Shown: in pieces, positions 31,724-45,200 of the stretch
Numbering within the stretch: position 1 is the stretch's first letter
Layout: each line of letters begins with the position of its first letter
Origin: Ramazzottius varieornatus
Lineage: Eukaryota > Animalia > Tardigrada
Assembly: GCA_001949185.1 (NCBI GenBank)
Contig: BDGG01000011.1
Coordinates: forward strand, 1,352,518-1,411,594
Length of the DNA stretch: 59,077 bases
Reading direction: 5' to 3'
Position numbers and translations under genes: made by a program
The notes under the pieces: model-generated
The model's database searches: none
What the model was told of the DNA's origin: nothing
What the model saw: the letters and a program-made list of their open reading frames with translations, nothing else

Positions 31724-32309
31724 TTTGTCTGCTTTGCTTGACCATTGAATGAAAGATTCTTTGTGGCTCTAACAATTGACCTGGAACCGTGTCACGCCAG
31801 TGAATGTAACCAACAGTGACCTCTCCATCTTGTGGCGTAGTCGTCCGCGTTCGAGCGGTACTTATGGTTTCAAGTCGCTGGGTAACAGAGACCATCCCAT
31901 GTGGTCTCGGGAAATGGTGGCGGTACAGTACATGGTTTTCACATGTTGCGAGCTTAGGTTAAGGTTACGTTCAAGTGATGAATTGAAGCTTGGAAGACAG
32001 ACAGCATTAACTGTTTGTCGCAACCTGGATGAACGACTCAGACGAGCTGGCTATCGCGCGAACCGATATGTGGAACATTACGAGATGACCGATAGCAATG
32101 ACAGCTCGCGGACTTGGCCATCTGATAACACCGGGGCAGAACACATATAGTGACGACTAACCTTTCCGGTCCTGAATCCTGTCAATCTTGCTAAGCGTCC
32201 AGTCCACATGGTTTGAGTGCGGAATTTCTGGTGGGAAAGGGAAAGTGAATTTGAGCCTTTCTCCGTTAAAAGTCGGCCTGGGCTAGTGGCTGCTGGAATC
32301 ACACCGACA

Positions 32310-34022
32310 ATGGCTTCTCGTATCTGGGCTGGACTTTTGTGGTCATCTTTTTTCGTTGTATCTCTGAGTGCAGTCGCCGAAGGTGGACAGAACATTGAAG
32401 ATTTTGTGCAGAAACGACCGGCATGTAAAGCCAAATATTTCAAGCAGAAGCTGGATCATTTCAGGTAGCGTATGTATTGTCCGTCGTTAATCTTCCCCCG
32501 AAGTCCAAACCCCATCTCTGTGGGTTTCTTTCTTCGGTTCACATTCGATACGCTGATATACATACAAGGCTTTCCTTTACAGTTTTCGGAAACAGCATGT
32601 CTTCGAGCAACGGTACGTCGTCTGCCCCGAAGAATGGAAAGAAGGCGGCCCTATTCTTTTCTACACTGGCAACGAAGGCGACATTATGCTCTTTCTCAAC
32701 AACACCGGCTTCATGTTCGAAATGGCCAAGGAGCTCTCCGCCATGGTCATTTTTGCCGAACATCGCTACTACGGCCGATCTATCCCCTTTGACGGGAAGA
32801 CCCTCAACGCCACCACACTCCCTTGGCTAACTTCCACCCAGGCCCTGGCTGACTACAACGACCTCATCATTAGTCTAAAGTCTATCATCAACGGGGCCAA
32901 GAATTCACCGGTCATTGCAGTAGGTCAGTGTTATCAACCACACTGTCTAGTTTTTACTGGACATGACCAGATAACACTCCTCACGTATCAGCTTGCAAAA
33001 GATAATTAATTTCTCTTTTGGCTGTCTTGTCAGGTGGTAGTTACGGTGGTATGTTAGCCGCGTGGATGCGAATGAAGTATCCAGCGACCATTCTTGGCGC
33101 CTTGTCCAGTTCCGCTCCGATCCTCCAGTTCGGTGACACCCTCCCCTGCAACACGTTCGCGCAGATCGCAACGAGAGACTATCAGCAAGCGTCGCAAACC
33201 TGCGTGGATACCATTAAGCGATCATGGGGCATTATAGCTGATCTCTGGCGAACTCAAGACGGCCGTGACTGGCTGAAAGACACCTTCCACATCTGTAACG
33301 CTCTGGACAACGACAAGATCAAGATGGAAGACTTCCGTGTGTGGCTCTTCGCCGGATGGACCTACATGGCCATGACCGACTACCCATATCCCACCAGCTT
33401 CCTTAAACCACTGCCCGGTTGGCCTGTCAAAGAAGCCTGTAAATTCCTCAACGATGGCAGTCATTTCCAGACAGATCGGGCCTTGTTGAAAGGTATCTTC
33501 AAGGGCATATCGGTGTATTTCAACTACACAGGCGCAGTGAAGACTTGTTTCAACTTGAGTGAGTCTTCGACGGGTTCAGCGCTTGGCGAAATTCAATGGG
33601 ACTACCAGGCTTGTTCGGAGGTCGTCATACCGGATTGTACGGATGGCAAGACGGATATGTTCTACAGCAGACCGTGGAACAAGACGGAGTACGCCGCCAA
33701 CTGTAGGAAGAACTTTGGGGTAAAGACGAATTTTGATGCGGCCTTGAGAGAATACGGAGGGAGTAATTTGAAGTATCACAGTAATATCATCTTTTCCAAT
33801 GGGCAACTGGACCCGTGGTCAGGAGGAGGGGTGCTGACAGCGCCGTCGCCCACCATCACGGTTATTCTGATCGAGGATGGTGCCCATCATTTGGACTTGA
33901 GAGCGTCACATCCCAAGGACCCGCAGTCGGTCATCGCGGCCAGGGCGCAAGAGGTTGGCATCATTAAGAGGTGGATAAAGTCAGCCCAGACGGTGGAGAA
34001 CGATCTCGATGATACCTGGTGA
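32310..34022 (+). CDS. PRCP: Lysosomal Pro-X carboxypeptidase (peptidase S28)
   Basis: Signal peptide; QKLDHF; FYTGNEG; AEHRYYG; GGSYGG nucleophile motif; AMTDYPY; DPWSGGG; AHHLDLR. Confidence 0.93.
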
Positions 34023-34513
34023 ACATGATATTGCTGGAATATAGTTGGGATATTTCCTAGCTTGCCACAAATCTCTTTTGTTTAATTACTTTTGACATAT
34101 ACCCGTTTATGATTCTCTTTCACAGCTCTCTCTTCAGCGTACTCATTGCTGAAGTGCTTCAACCTCACAGTAATCTTATTCTTTTTTCGGTTTGTGCTGT
34201 TGTACTTTTGGTTTTTATGTCCATCCTCGGAATTAAGCGCTCTTCGGACGACAACAGTTTTAAGGTCAGACAACCAGAACTCGCATCTTTTAGTGAGATT
34301 GCGTGACTTTAACCAACAGGCTTACATTTAGTAAAGGCAACGAAAGCATGAAGCATCAGTACACGCAGGACGAGAAATTCTGGTGCAGGCCTTTTCGCTG
34401 CGGCGCACGTACGTACGCCACAAATTCACACCAGTCCACTTTTCGGCAGTTTTCTACAGTTGAGTTTTCGTTTTGCCGTCGTTTCCGCCTGGCCCATAAT
34501 TTGTACATAGCTA

Positions 34514-37453
34514 CGAGGAGGAGGCAGTGGAGTGGACACCCCAAAAATTGACATCGGAGTGGACACAGCCATAACCCAGTAACCGATGGGTCGATTTGCT
34601 TTGCTTATTGCTCAAACGACAGATAAAACCTTAACAACTTGTTTGCTACCACACAAAAGCTGAGAGAGTTTCCAGAACGTCAGATTTTTCGTTCGCGAGC
34701 AGGAAGACTCGAACCAATGTTAAAGAGCCTACGACAGAAAGTCACAAAGGGCCGCCAGAGGCGCGCATGTCTTCGCTTGCTGTCATGATGACTACGTCAC
34801 CGGGCATTTTCATGCTCTCTAATGCCGTCTGAATGAAAGAAATCGTCTTGATGACGTACTTCCGACAGAATTTTCATTTCGCACGGTATGGTGATGGACT
34901 ACTGTGCCAAATATCATAAAGGATTCCTGTAAGTTGTAACTCATCTTCCTGATCTTTATGATGGCTTCTTCCAAACTCAAGACTGCTGCCGAGGTCAGCA
35001 GAGAACTAATGGATTCTGCTCTCTACGCGGTAAAGAAATCTGGAGTAAGCAAGAAGCTTGCGGCGAAGCTCTTTGGAGTGTCTCGAACGACGCTCGGCAG
35101 ACGTCTCCAGAATCCGCGTCCAGAACGACATGGTGGCCGAACAAAGTTTCCAGCTCAGGTGGAAGACGAGCTCGTGGATCTGCTCACTTCTTGCTGTATC
35201 ATGGGGATTCCCCTTAATCGCTATCACTGCTACCAGCTGTTTTCCCAGGTTGCAATTGAACTAGGTAAGGGAAACGTTCCAACAAAATCAGCCGATCTAA
35301 AATCATCCTGTTATTCAATTCTGTTTTGTTCAGGCTTGAAGAACACGGCATGTTCGTCCACGTCGTTCAAGAATTTCTTGAAGCGGCACAAATCTCTTTC
35401 CTTACGGATTAGTCACGCTTCTAACCGAAAACAAAACCGAGAGTGGACCATGGAAGTTTGCGAGCAGTATATCTCCAAGTTGCAAAAACTAAAAGATGGA
35501 GGATTCCTCGATGCACCTGAACAGATCTGGAATCTCGACGAGACCGCTTTTGACACCTCGCAAGTCGCCGATACGGTGGTTGGGGTAAAAGGACTGAAGC
35601 TGGTTCCTTCGCAGTTCAACGGTAATGCCAAAGAATGTGTTACAGTTCTTCCATGTGGAAATGCAGCCGGACTTCAACTAAAGTTTCTCGCCTTGTATTC
35701 GGGAAAACTGCACATTCAGTCTCGCCTACAAGATACCCATAACATGTGTTATCATGCTGTGAACGTGTCTGGCTACATGGATCAGTTGATATTCGCAAAC
35801 TATGTCAAGACGGTCGTGTTTCCGGCCATGACTGCTGAAAAGGTATGTGATCATGAATGCCGCTCATGACGTCACGAAGACCCGGCCTAAGTACGAACAA
35901 AACTTCGTCACGTCATGCGTGTGATAGCGAATTGCGGGATTCCCCGAATGTGACAGTTTCATCTTACAGAACGTGATTTTCGTGGATGGACACTTTTCCC
36001 ATGTCAACAACTTGTTGCTTGTTCGTTATTGCCGGGACCACTTCAAAGAAACTGGTGTTGAAGTGCAGATCTTCTGCTTTTCTTCGGGCCAAACCTCTCG
36101 GCTGCAGCCTTTTGACGTTTCAGCGTTCGGTCCAATGAAAAAGAAATGGAACGAACATCTACGCAATCGTCGAATCAAAAAAGGCATCGTACGTTAGAGA
36201 ACCCTTGATTTATTCGTCCTGACACTCCATTCAAAGTTAACGCCCAGATTCTCCCCTTTTAGGTCACAAAAGACACTTTCCTCTCGCATTTAGTTATGCT
36301 ATGGTTCAAGACGGAAGGATGCCCCGAACAGTTTGCTTTCGACGTAGGACCCACTCTGCAGTCAGGATTTGCTCGGTGCGGCCTATACCCTTTCAGTCCA
36401 GTAACCATTCGAGCAACCGTGAAGCCTTTTAACGACCCAACCGTCCTAGAAAGCGGAATCCGCACAATTGAACCAGACCAAAATCACGATGAACTGTTTG
36501 AGCTGCTGGCAAGAAGATACCACATTACTTCTAGCGACCACCACGCGGAAGTAAAAGAATTCGTTGAGAACGTGCAGCGCGGAGTAACTCCGGCCAGTGC
36601 ACTCGCCCGTGCACTGGCGAAATCTTTGATGGACGATGCGCCGAGAAAAAAACGACTGCAGAAGAACACCATGCTCAACCTTAAGGCTGGCGCACTGATC
36701 ACGTCCGATGAGTTCGTGGAGACGGTGGAGAAAATGCAAGCGGATTCCGCAGCCAAGAAAGCTGCGTTGAAGGCGGCGGATGCTGCTACAAAAGCAGCCT
36801 CTAAAGCAGCAGGAAAAGTAACAGCGAGTGCTGCGGAGAAGGCGGCGAGAAAAGCGGAGAAAGCAGCTGTGAAAGTCGCAGAGAAAACGGCGAAGGCAGC
36901 AGAAAAAGCAGCTACGCAGGCTGCAAAGGCAGTGGAGAAAGCTGCTGCGAAACTCGCTGCTCGGGATGCCAAATTGTCAAGAATACAAAAGCGAAAGACT
37001 GTCGATGATATACCACCACCGAAGAGAGCAAGAAAAGAAACGTGCAAAGCGTAACCGAAAGGGCTTCTGAGCTTAACTTTAATACGGCGGAATCCGCAGT
37101 TAGTACGAGATTTTTGCCACTTTTCTGACCAGTCCCAAATTTGCCTCTGACCGTTTTATATTGTGTGTAAGAGCAAGGTGCCTGTTCTAATTAGATAAGT
37201 GCGGAGTAAGTTACTCTGTTGGATGCGGAGATAAAAGCTTTCCCAGTCGGTCAGAAGAACTGTGAAGTCTGTGATGGATGCACCAGCGAAAGTGATGCCG
37301 CATCTGAAATTGTCAATACCGGACCGCGCCAAAACAATACCGCAGTTCTTTTGCGGTACCAAAAGCCAACTACATGTGCTGCCATCGCATACCGCAGAGT
37401 GTGTCCACTCCGATGTCAAATTTTGGGGTGTCCACTCCATTGCCGCCTCCTCG
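34514..37453 (+). mobile_element. Full-length pogo/Fot-like DNA transposon, 2940 bp
   Basis: 53-bp TIRs (CGAGGAGGAGGCAGTGGAGTGGACACCCC...) with about 3 mismatches; TA on both sides. Confidence 0.95.
34958..37054 (+). CDS. Pogo-family transposase (psq-type HTH, CENP-B HTH, DDE_1, Ala/Lys tail); exons 34958-35264, 35334-35842, 35970-36188, 36263-37054
   Basis: AAKLFGVSRTTL; IWNLDET; FVDGHFSH; LQPFDVSAFGPMK; three GT-AG introns give a continuous frame. Confidence 0.9.
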
Positions 37454-38153
37454 TATTGATTTCTCGACTTGCGTGTTTTGATATGATCGGCCCAGATCCC
37501 GATGAGTTTTCTTGCCTTAATTCGAAATGAAAACCCAACTTAATTGCGATCAGTCCATTGCGTACTCTGCAACCATTGGGATCATTGACTGTGTTTTCCC
37601 AACTAAGTAAAGCTCCTTCAGGCTTCAGTTTGCTGGACAACTTTTTCCGGCCAAGTATTATATCGTCATGCGTACAAGCGGGACTTACGGTATGAAATGA
37701 ATATTTGGTTGAGACGAGGCAGGCAAGCTCATGTTAGTGCTGTATGCACTTCCTGGTTCGCTGTTTTGTCTAGACTGCATGAGTAGTCAACCGACTCACC
37801 GGCCTAGTTCGTACCCGCAGGGCGATGCTTTCACGTACCGCAATAACATGATGATGGCAACCAGATAGACCCCACAACACGCGGAAGTGAGGGAGTCGGA
37901 CTTGCAGCGAACGTATTTACAGCCTGATCACTGTGATCGGCAAAGGCTGCGGAGTCAGCAGCAAGCACTGAATGGAACTCATGGAATCTAGGCACTGCAT
38001 AGCCAAGCCTTTGCTCGACGTCTCTCTTCCTCTTCAGCCTTCGCAGCATGTGCGGACATTAAAGATACAGCTGTTGTTGAATGCTTCACAAAGGTGTTAA
38101 ATACAGTAAATTGTCGTAGTCAACCGGAAGTATCGTTTTTTTGCCTCGAGAAG

Positions 38154-40678
38154 ATGCCGCTGGATTTTCTGAACAAGTTGGGCATTCGTCCCCCGCCGAT
38201 AAATGTACGAACGCTGCAAGGTATAGGCAAGGATCTCGGCTTCTTCAACAGCAACGCGCAGCACAAAAATCAGAACTACAACGCACTGAAGACAGCTTGT
38301 CTGCAAAGCGGCACTTTATTCGAGGACGAGCAATTCGCCTGCCATCCCCGCTCTTTATTCTACAGCAACAACCATGGTGTGCCAATCAACTCTGTCCAGT
38401 GGCTTCGACCAAAGGTATTTGCGTGATGAACGCTCATCTGCTCAATCATCGCTGACGTATTTTATCCGAACCTCTGTTTCTAACCAAGAATCAGTCATAC
38501 AAGTCCTGTTTTTTCTATCACAGGATATCAACCGTAATGCTTGCCTGGTACGAAGTGGCGGAACATCAACTGATGGCCGTGAAGGACAACTAGGACGGGA
38601 TGTTAGTCAAGGCCAGGTTGGAAACTGCTGGTTCGTAGCAGCCTGCGCCGTACTTGCTGAATTCCCAAAGCTGTGGAAACATGTAAAATCACTTCATGTC
38701 AAATTCGACATTTATTTTCTTTCGACATCTTCAGTGGCTTTCTCGCTGATCTGCGCTAGGTTATTCCTGATTTTAAAGAGCAAGAGCTGAACGAGTTCAT
38801 GGGCGCATCTGGCCGATACGGCGGTATATTCCATTTCAAGTTTTGGGTCTTTGGCGAATGGATCGACGTGGTAATTGATGATCGGCTACCGACCGTAAAT
38901 GGCCAGTTAATCTTCTGCCGCTCAAAAGCCGGCGATGAGTTTTGGAGCCCGCTGCTGGAAAAAGCCTACGCAAAGTAAGCTTCCGTCTTCAATGTCTCGA
39001 TTTTCATTGCGTCAAATTAGTTGTTATCCTGATTAGACTTCATGGGTGTTATGAAGCGTTAGACGGCGGCAATCTTACCGACGCTTTGGTTGACTTTACC
39101 GGTGGCGCAGCTGAGAGCATAGAGCTAAAAGATCATCAAAACGTGGAACTTCAGGACAATTTGTTCCGTCTGCTGGAGAGAGATCTACAGTTCAACAGTC
39201 TGATGTGTGCTGCCATTGATGTATGTTGACGATTATCTTATAGCTACCAGCTCTTGAAATTTCTCCAATACCAAAACGGTGTTTTATGCAGATTGATTCT
39301 CGGGACGAAATGGAAGCCGTACAGCAGAACGGCTTGGTGAAAGGCCACGCCTACGGTGTGACAAACCTAAAGACGATACTGAACAATGAAGTTCCCGGCC
39401 TGTTGTCCTTTCTGGGAGCCGGCAACCGTAGCGCGGTGCGCCTCATCCGGTTGAGGAACCCATGGGGACGAAAGGAATGGAACGGACGATTCAGTGATGG
39501 ATCACCCGAATGGAACCAGATCAGCCAACAAAAGCGCAAAGAGCTCGGTCTAATTTTCGAAGACGACGGCGAATTCTGGATGGCCTTTGACGACTTCTGC
39601 AAGCACTTCACCAGCGTTTCCCTCTGCCGCATCATTTACAACAGCTTGATCGGCTCCCTGTTGAGCGGAGGCGCCAAGAACTGGAGTGAGGGGGTCTTCA
39701 AGGGCGAATGGAAACAAGCGGATAAGTGTGGTGGTTGCATCAACAACCTCGGCACCTTCTTCAATAATCCCCAGTATCGCTTTGATGTGGCCAACGATGA
39801 CGAGCCGGTCATGATCAGTCTGTCACAGCCCGATAACCGCCACATGCGCTCGTCTGGAGGCGGCAATTATTTAACGATCGGGTTCTACGTGATGCGCATC
39901 GAGATCAACAGGAAGACGAGGGTGAGGATGCTGAAAGCCAAAGCCGGCTGCTCGGCTTATGGAGCCACTAGGACGAGGACCTTGCATATGACCCTGAAAC
40001 CCGGTCGCTATTGTGTCATACCGACAACGTTCGAGCCTGGTCAGGAAGGACAGTTTCTTTTGCGTGTCCTGACCAGCTATGACTGCCATCCTGGGTACGC
40101 TTGTGTTGAACTCAATACAAGAATTGTAGTGGTTGGACATTGTCTTGTAGAACGTTGGAGGTGGATCTCCCCAAACAGAAGCTGATGGGTGGACTGATGT
40201 CTGGTGGCAGCATCGACGCGCAGTACCTGATGTCCGTCACCGTTCGTCAGGCTGATGGCCTTCCCCTTAGCGCCAAAGGCTCTTTGCCTGATCCGTTCGT
40301 GGTCCTTGACTGTGAAGGAAAGACGGCCAAGACGCCGGTTGTCTTTAATTCTACTAGTCCGGTGTTCAACGAAACCGCCCTGTTTTACCGCAAGACACTG
40401 GCAGCTCCGGTAAACCTTCAGGTACAGTAAAAGCAACGATTGCCGATTTGAATCGGCCACTACCGTGTATTTATCACTACGTCTTGATTTTTTACCTGCA
40501 GGTCTTGAATCGCAACCTGATGAAGGATACACTGATTGGTCAGACTTCCATGTCTTGTAATCAAGTGACCAACGGGCGAGTTCGGCAGTTCCAGTGTCCT
40601 TTGCAAGGAAAAGATAGCGCCGCTGCCGGTGTGATTGTCATCGATGTGGCGATCTACACCGATCTGGCAGCAGTCTAG
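38154..40678 (+). CDS. CAPN5: Calpain-5 / Tra-3-type calpain (CysPc, domain III, C2)
   Basis: [20 protein letters not shown] and RLRNPWG supply the catalytic triad; GGCINN..NPQY; C-terminal C2 (PDPFVVL..SPVFNE) instead of penta-EF-hand. Confidence 0.92.
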
Positions 40679-42230
40679 ACTAGCTAAAAAATGAGAATTT
40701 AACGTCTTGGCTTGATGTTGTGTGGATTCGACGTTTTCTAGCAGAAAGGTGACGTAAAACGGATTCATCAGTAACATGACGTTGTATCCAAGTGGTAGTT
40801 ATTTTGCAGCTATTGCAAGGGAACGCGGTTTCTGACGAGGGAACCTTCAGACCATGTCACTCGCCGATCACGATAGAAATGATTTCACGTGATAGCTGAG
40901 ACTCATGGCTCTCTACAAAGTATCGGGAAGAACCGCGAATGACCATGCCCGGGCTCCACAGAAATTCTCGAATGCGTGGCAGTCGACATTGCAGAGATAG
41001 AATTGAGAGTATGAGACTGCGTACAGTAAAGGCTAATCAATCAAGTCATTCATCAATCAAGTCACAATGTATGCTAACATGACTCACATGCCTTGTCATG
41101 TCAGGTCATACATGACGATAACAATCTCTTCATCAGACTCGCCAGAATTATCAGAGCCATTTCCATCGTCAATCTCGCCATCATCAGACTGAAGAAAAGA
41201 GGAGTAATTGTAGAAACTTACGTCGAGAACATTGTCATCTTCGTCAACAGTACTCTACGCTTCTCGGCTTCCAAGTAATGATTATGAGCCATCACAACCG
41301 TTACACAGTATCAAGATGTCCAGATCAAAAACGGAGAGGCGCAAGAGAAAAGTGAAACTTTGTTATCTCATCAGCAGGATAGAAATCGACACAAGACAGA
41401 AAAAGTACTGTGAATGAGTGATCAGCCGTTTCCGGCTGCTGGCTTGAGTCAGAAAAGACCGTGACCGGGGGTTGTTTTACGCTGACTAAGAGCCAAACCC
41501 GTCCCACATCATTGGAATTTTAAAGTATTGACAGCCATAACTTCTAATAAAATTTGACTTGGTTCTTTGCGGAGCTTTCCAAGTTTCCGCCCATGGTGAT
41601 TTTTCTCGCCTCCACAATACGGCACCATAAGTTAAAACAAGTGTACATTCGGCAAAGCAAGACGAACTGTCACATGATGTTGGGATGACGCATGCGGGAG
41701 TGTCATTAATACAGTCAGGCCTTCAAGTATTCAAGTGCCGTTTCACGAACGCTCATTTCACAAGTTTCTGTCTCTGATCAAATGTAAGACTTTCATTCCC
41801 TTTTCTGTTGAACATAGCGCATAACTCCTGGTCAGCTTCACATCCGATTGATAAAGTCGTATCTGTCCGGCATAGTTTTGACAGGGAACGAATTGTTCTT
41901 CTTGAAGCAAACCGGCAGCTGAGTTTGAGTCTAAAAATGAGCCATGTCCCTCGTACTGGTTTCTTCTGCATAAATAACCGTACAGAAGGCTCCAAAAACG
42001 TTCTCTTTACAACGGAAGAACAGTCCTATGTAGAATCGGAGGGAAGGACTTTGGTTGATTAAACCGATCGGTTTGACGAATTAATATTTGTAGTAGCTCC
42101 TCTCGAGAACAAAACCGCATGTAGTGATAAACTTATCACGTCAAGTGGTGATTTGATATAGCTTCCTTCAGAGCCTACAAAGCAGCTCCTACAAAAGATG
42201 TTTGACAGTTACATACACACGACTGTACAG

Positions 42231-45200
42231 ATGTTTCTGGACAAAATCTGGGCAAAGTAATCTAGCCCAGAAATTGTTGTTGCAGCCACGAAGCTCCGCA
42301 TGACAGTACGGTTAACTATACCTTTCCTACGCATCGCCGTACATCAGGATGAAGCGTGGGAACTACAGTCTCATGGAAACGTTGGGACGAGGAGGGTACG
42401 GCGTCGTCTTCAAAGGAATACATACTGTGGTGAGCTTTCTTTCTGTGCAGTCTGACAGTCATTACGAGAGGCAGTTCATTCATCCGAGCTCGAGATGCTA
42501 ATGCGCAGTTGGTTTGTGCATGTGTTTGTCACAGCTCATTGTAAGGTATCACAGTAGTCACACACCACCCTACAAGAGCTGGTGTGAGGGGGAGGATTAG
42601 AGGCATAAACGGGAACCAGGAAGTTAAGAGGGAACATTGTTACTCGATCTTCCGTGACCACCTACCAGCACCGAGACGTGCCGGAGAGCGAGTATCGCCT
42701 CACCCCGTGAAGAGAGCAGGAGCTCTCTGATTAATCAGAGAAAGAAGCTCGGATATAATTCCACGGTGAACAGGTAGACCAAACAGAAGTACTCTCCAGG
42801 AAACGTATGAGTGCGGAAGGCGTAACAGAAAGAACAGACCAAACAGAGGGCGGATGGCGAGAAACGGCTACAGATGGCAGCACTGAAGGGAATACTATTC
42901 TGTTCTTTACACTGGGCGGAGTCGAGCCATCACGTGAATCAATTAAAGCTTTGTGTTTCCTTGCCGCGGCAAAGCCTTGTGAGAAGATTCCCATAAAGCT
43001 GATATCATTTTAACCGTTCGAGCAATCAATGCTGTGGAACTACGCAGAATTTATGGACTCTGACAGTACCAACATGGTTTGAACGCGTTTCTACATCGGT
43101 TCCAAAAAGAAAACGGTTGGTAATGGGGATCACGTTTGTCGGACTCTTTGGTCGTTTGTCTTGACCGTAAATTTTTTTGTAGAGTGCCAGTTAGCCCGAA
43201 CTTGATACAGAAACATTTCTCAAGGTCGTTATAGTTCGCTGGTACTGCGCGGGCAATAGGGTGAAGATGTGTAGAAATCGAAGTATCAACGTACCCGCAG
43301 AAACCGTAGACGTTGTCCAGTCTTTTGCTTTCCACTGGACTTTCCTTGCAGATAGAGTTTTGGTGATAACGACCTGCTGTAGCAAAGGGGACCTGTATTA
43401 GCGGCGGCGCACAGAGCTAGATTTGTCTGGGAATGTGCACAAAATGCATCCTCAAAGTAGCCACGTGACGTCGCTTCCCGATGAGCCATTGTCACCTGAT
43501 CTCTTGCTTGGCTGTGTTTGTACGCTGCACAGATGTTGAGCAATCGAGAGAACTAAACACAGACGCCAGCACTTTCAGCCGAGACCAGCAAACTTTGCCT
43601 ACGTGGGGACGACGTTGAGTTAGCCGCCTATGTTTGCCTGTTTTTTTGAAACTTACTCTCGAACACCATTGCATGGATGGGTGGACGAATAACGGGCTAT
43701 CGAATAATACGACTTGCGACTGGTAGCAGTGTCAGAAAATTCAAAAGATTGTCAAAACAGGAGGCGTCCGGATTCCATATTCAAGTGCCTAGACTCCTGA
43801 TTGATTAACCAAACAAGCAATGCACGCAGCACACCGCAGGAGTGGCTAACGGAACGAACGTTTCCTCGTACCTACTTTGCCAGGATTGGGGAGACAAGCT
43901 CCACCAAGTGGATTAACTGTATTTGTTCGTAGACTGGGCAAACAGTTGCTATTAAAGAGATTTTCCGTCTTCACATCGCTGGTGTTGGAGCAGACCGGGG
44001 ACTGTCGGTTGAGCGTGAAATCGAAATTTTGAAGGTAAGCGAATGCTCGTCGTGCAGCAGTGAAAACAGTTCCACGTCTGTCTTAGAGAAGGCTGCACAG
44101 CACAATTTTTGTGCAGGTAAACTTTTCCAAGTGACATCAGCCTGCCAGGACCACAGCGCTCTTGGGTGCGATACAGTAAAAAAATATACGGTCCTGCTGG
44201 TGATCGCGTAACTGAATATCTCAATCAATGACAAAAGTGTCATTTACTTAATGATCACCGGCAGTGCAGTACTTTCTTCATTGTAATGTTTGTAGATGGG
44301 GACTGTGTGAAGCACCCAAGGGTACCTATCCGTTCTGAGGGTGAATACAATGTTGTCACCAGGCAAGTTTGGGTTACACAATGACCGTACTGTCCAGGCG
44401 CCCCTGTCTTGTCCTCGTCCAAGGTCTACGCCTATCCGGTCCCGTCGAAGTGAGATAAGGAGATGCCACAAACCGAAAGCTTTCGCCTCTTTGTAGAAAC
44501 TTCAGTCCATACGACATAGAAACTTGGTGCTGCTGCTGGATGTACTTGAATCAACGGTAAGCGTGACTTCGGGCAGATTAAAAACACTGCAACGAACATT
44601 TTCTCCATTACGCAAAGGCACCGTGAATCCTAGGGGTCCGAACAGTGCACGCACGAAGGGAAAGTTTGGAACAGTAAAAAGTTTGGAGCGGGCAGAAAAG
44701 ACGACGAAATCAGAATTTGACCGTAGAAAGTTGTCAAAAAGTGCATTGGCGCGATTTGCACATGTACGTACGAACTTCCGTTCCGCTGTTTCGAAAGCGC
44801 CTGTTCCAAACTTTCCCTTTGTACGTGTAGCCTCACTGTGATTTCTTAATTGCCTGAAATGCATAACAAATTGATCGCACTGACAAGGAAAAAGAAACCA
44901 ATGAATATTAGCTTGCTTGTTAAAAGAAAAAAACAGCTTGCGAACCGGGGTTTCGTACCTATTGAATCCGCTAAAGGAAGACTAACGGTGACTTGGTACG
45001 GTCGATACGAGCAACGGCTGACCGACAGTAAATTTGAGTGTTTGTGCGTGGTGGAGCTCTCCAATCGAGACCAGTTTAGGGTCCCATCATAGTCCTGGGA
45101 TTTGATGGGAGCGAAAAGTAGCTTACATTCGAAGGCGCATGGAAACGCAAAGTCGGCTCACCCATGAGCCCATTAAACGCGAGTCTGTTTCTGCTGTATA

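Larger units (their letters stand above)
34357..37480. mobile_element. CACTA-like MITE (same family as 17304-17765) interrupted by the pogo element
   Basis: Left end CAGTACACGCAGGACGAGAAATT; internal ccgcctggcccataattt matches the 17340 region; remaining end atttctcgacttgcgtgttttg lies after the pogo; flanking AT/AT. Confidence 0.6.

Noticed and set aside
36484-37047. 187-aa Ala/Phe-rich minus-strand ORF
   Set aside because: Antisense shadow of the low-complexity transposase tail.
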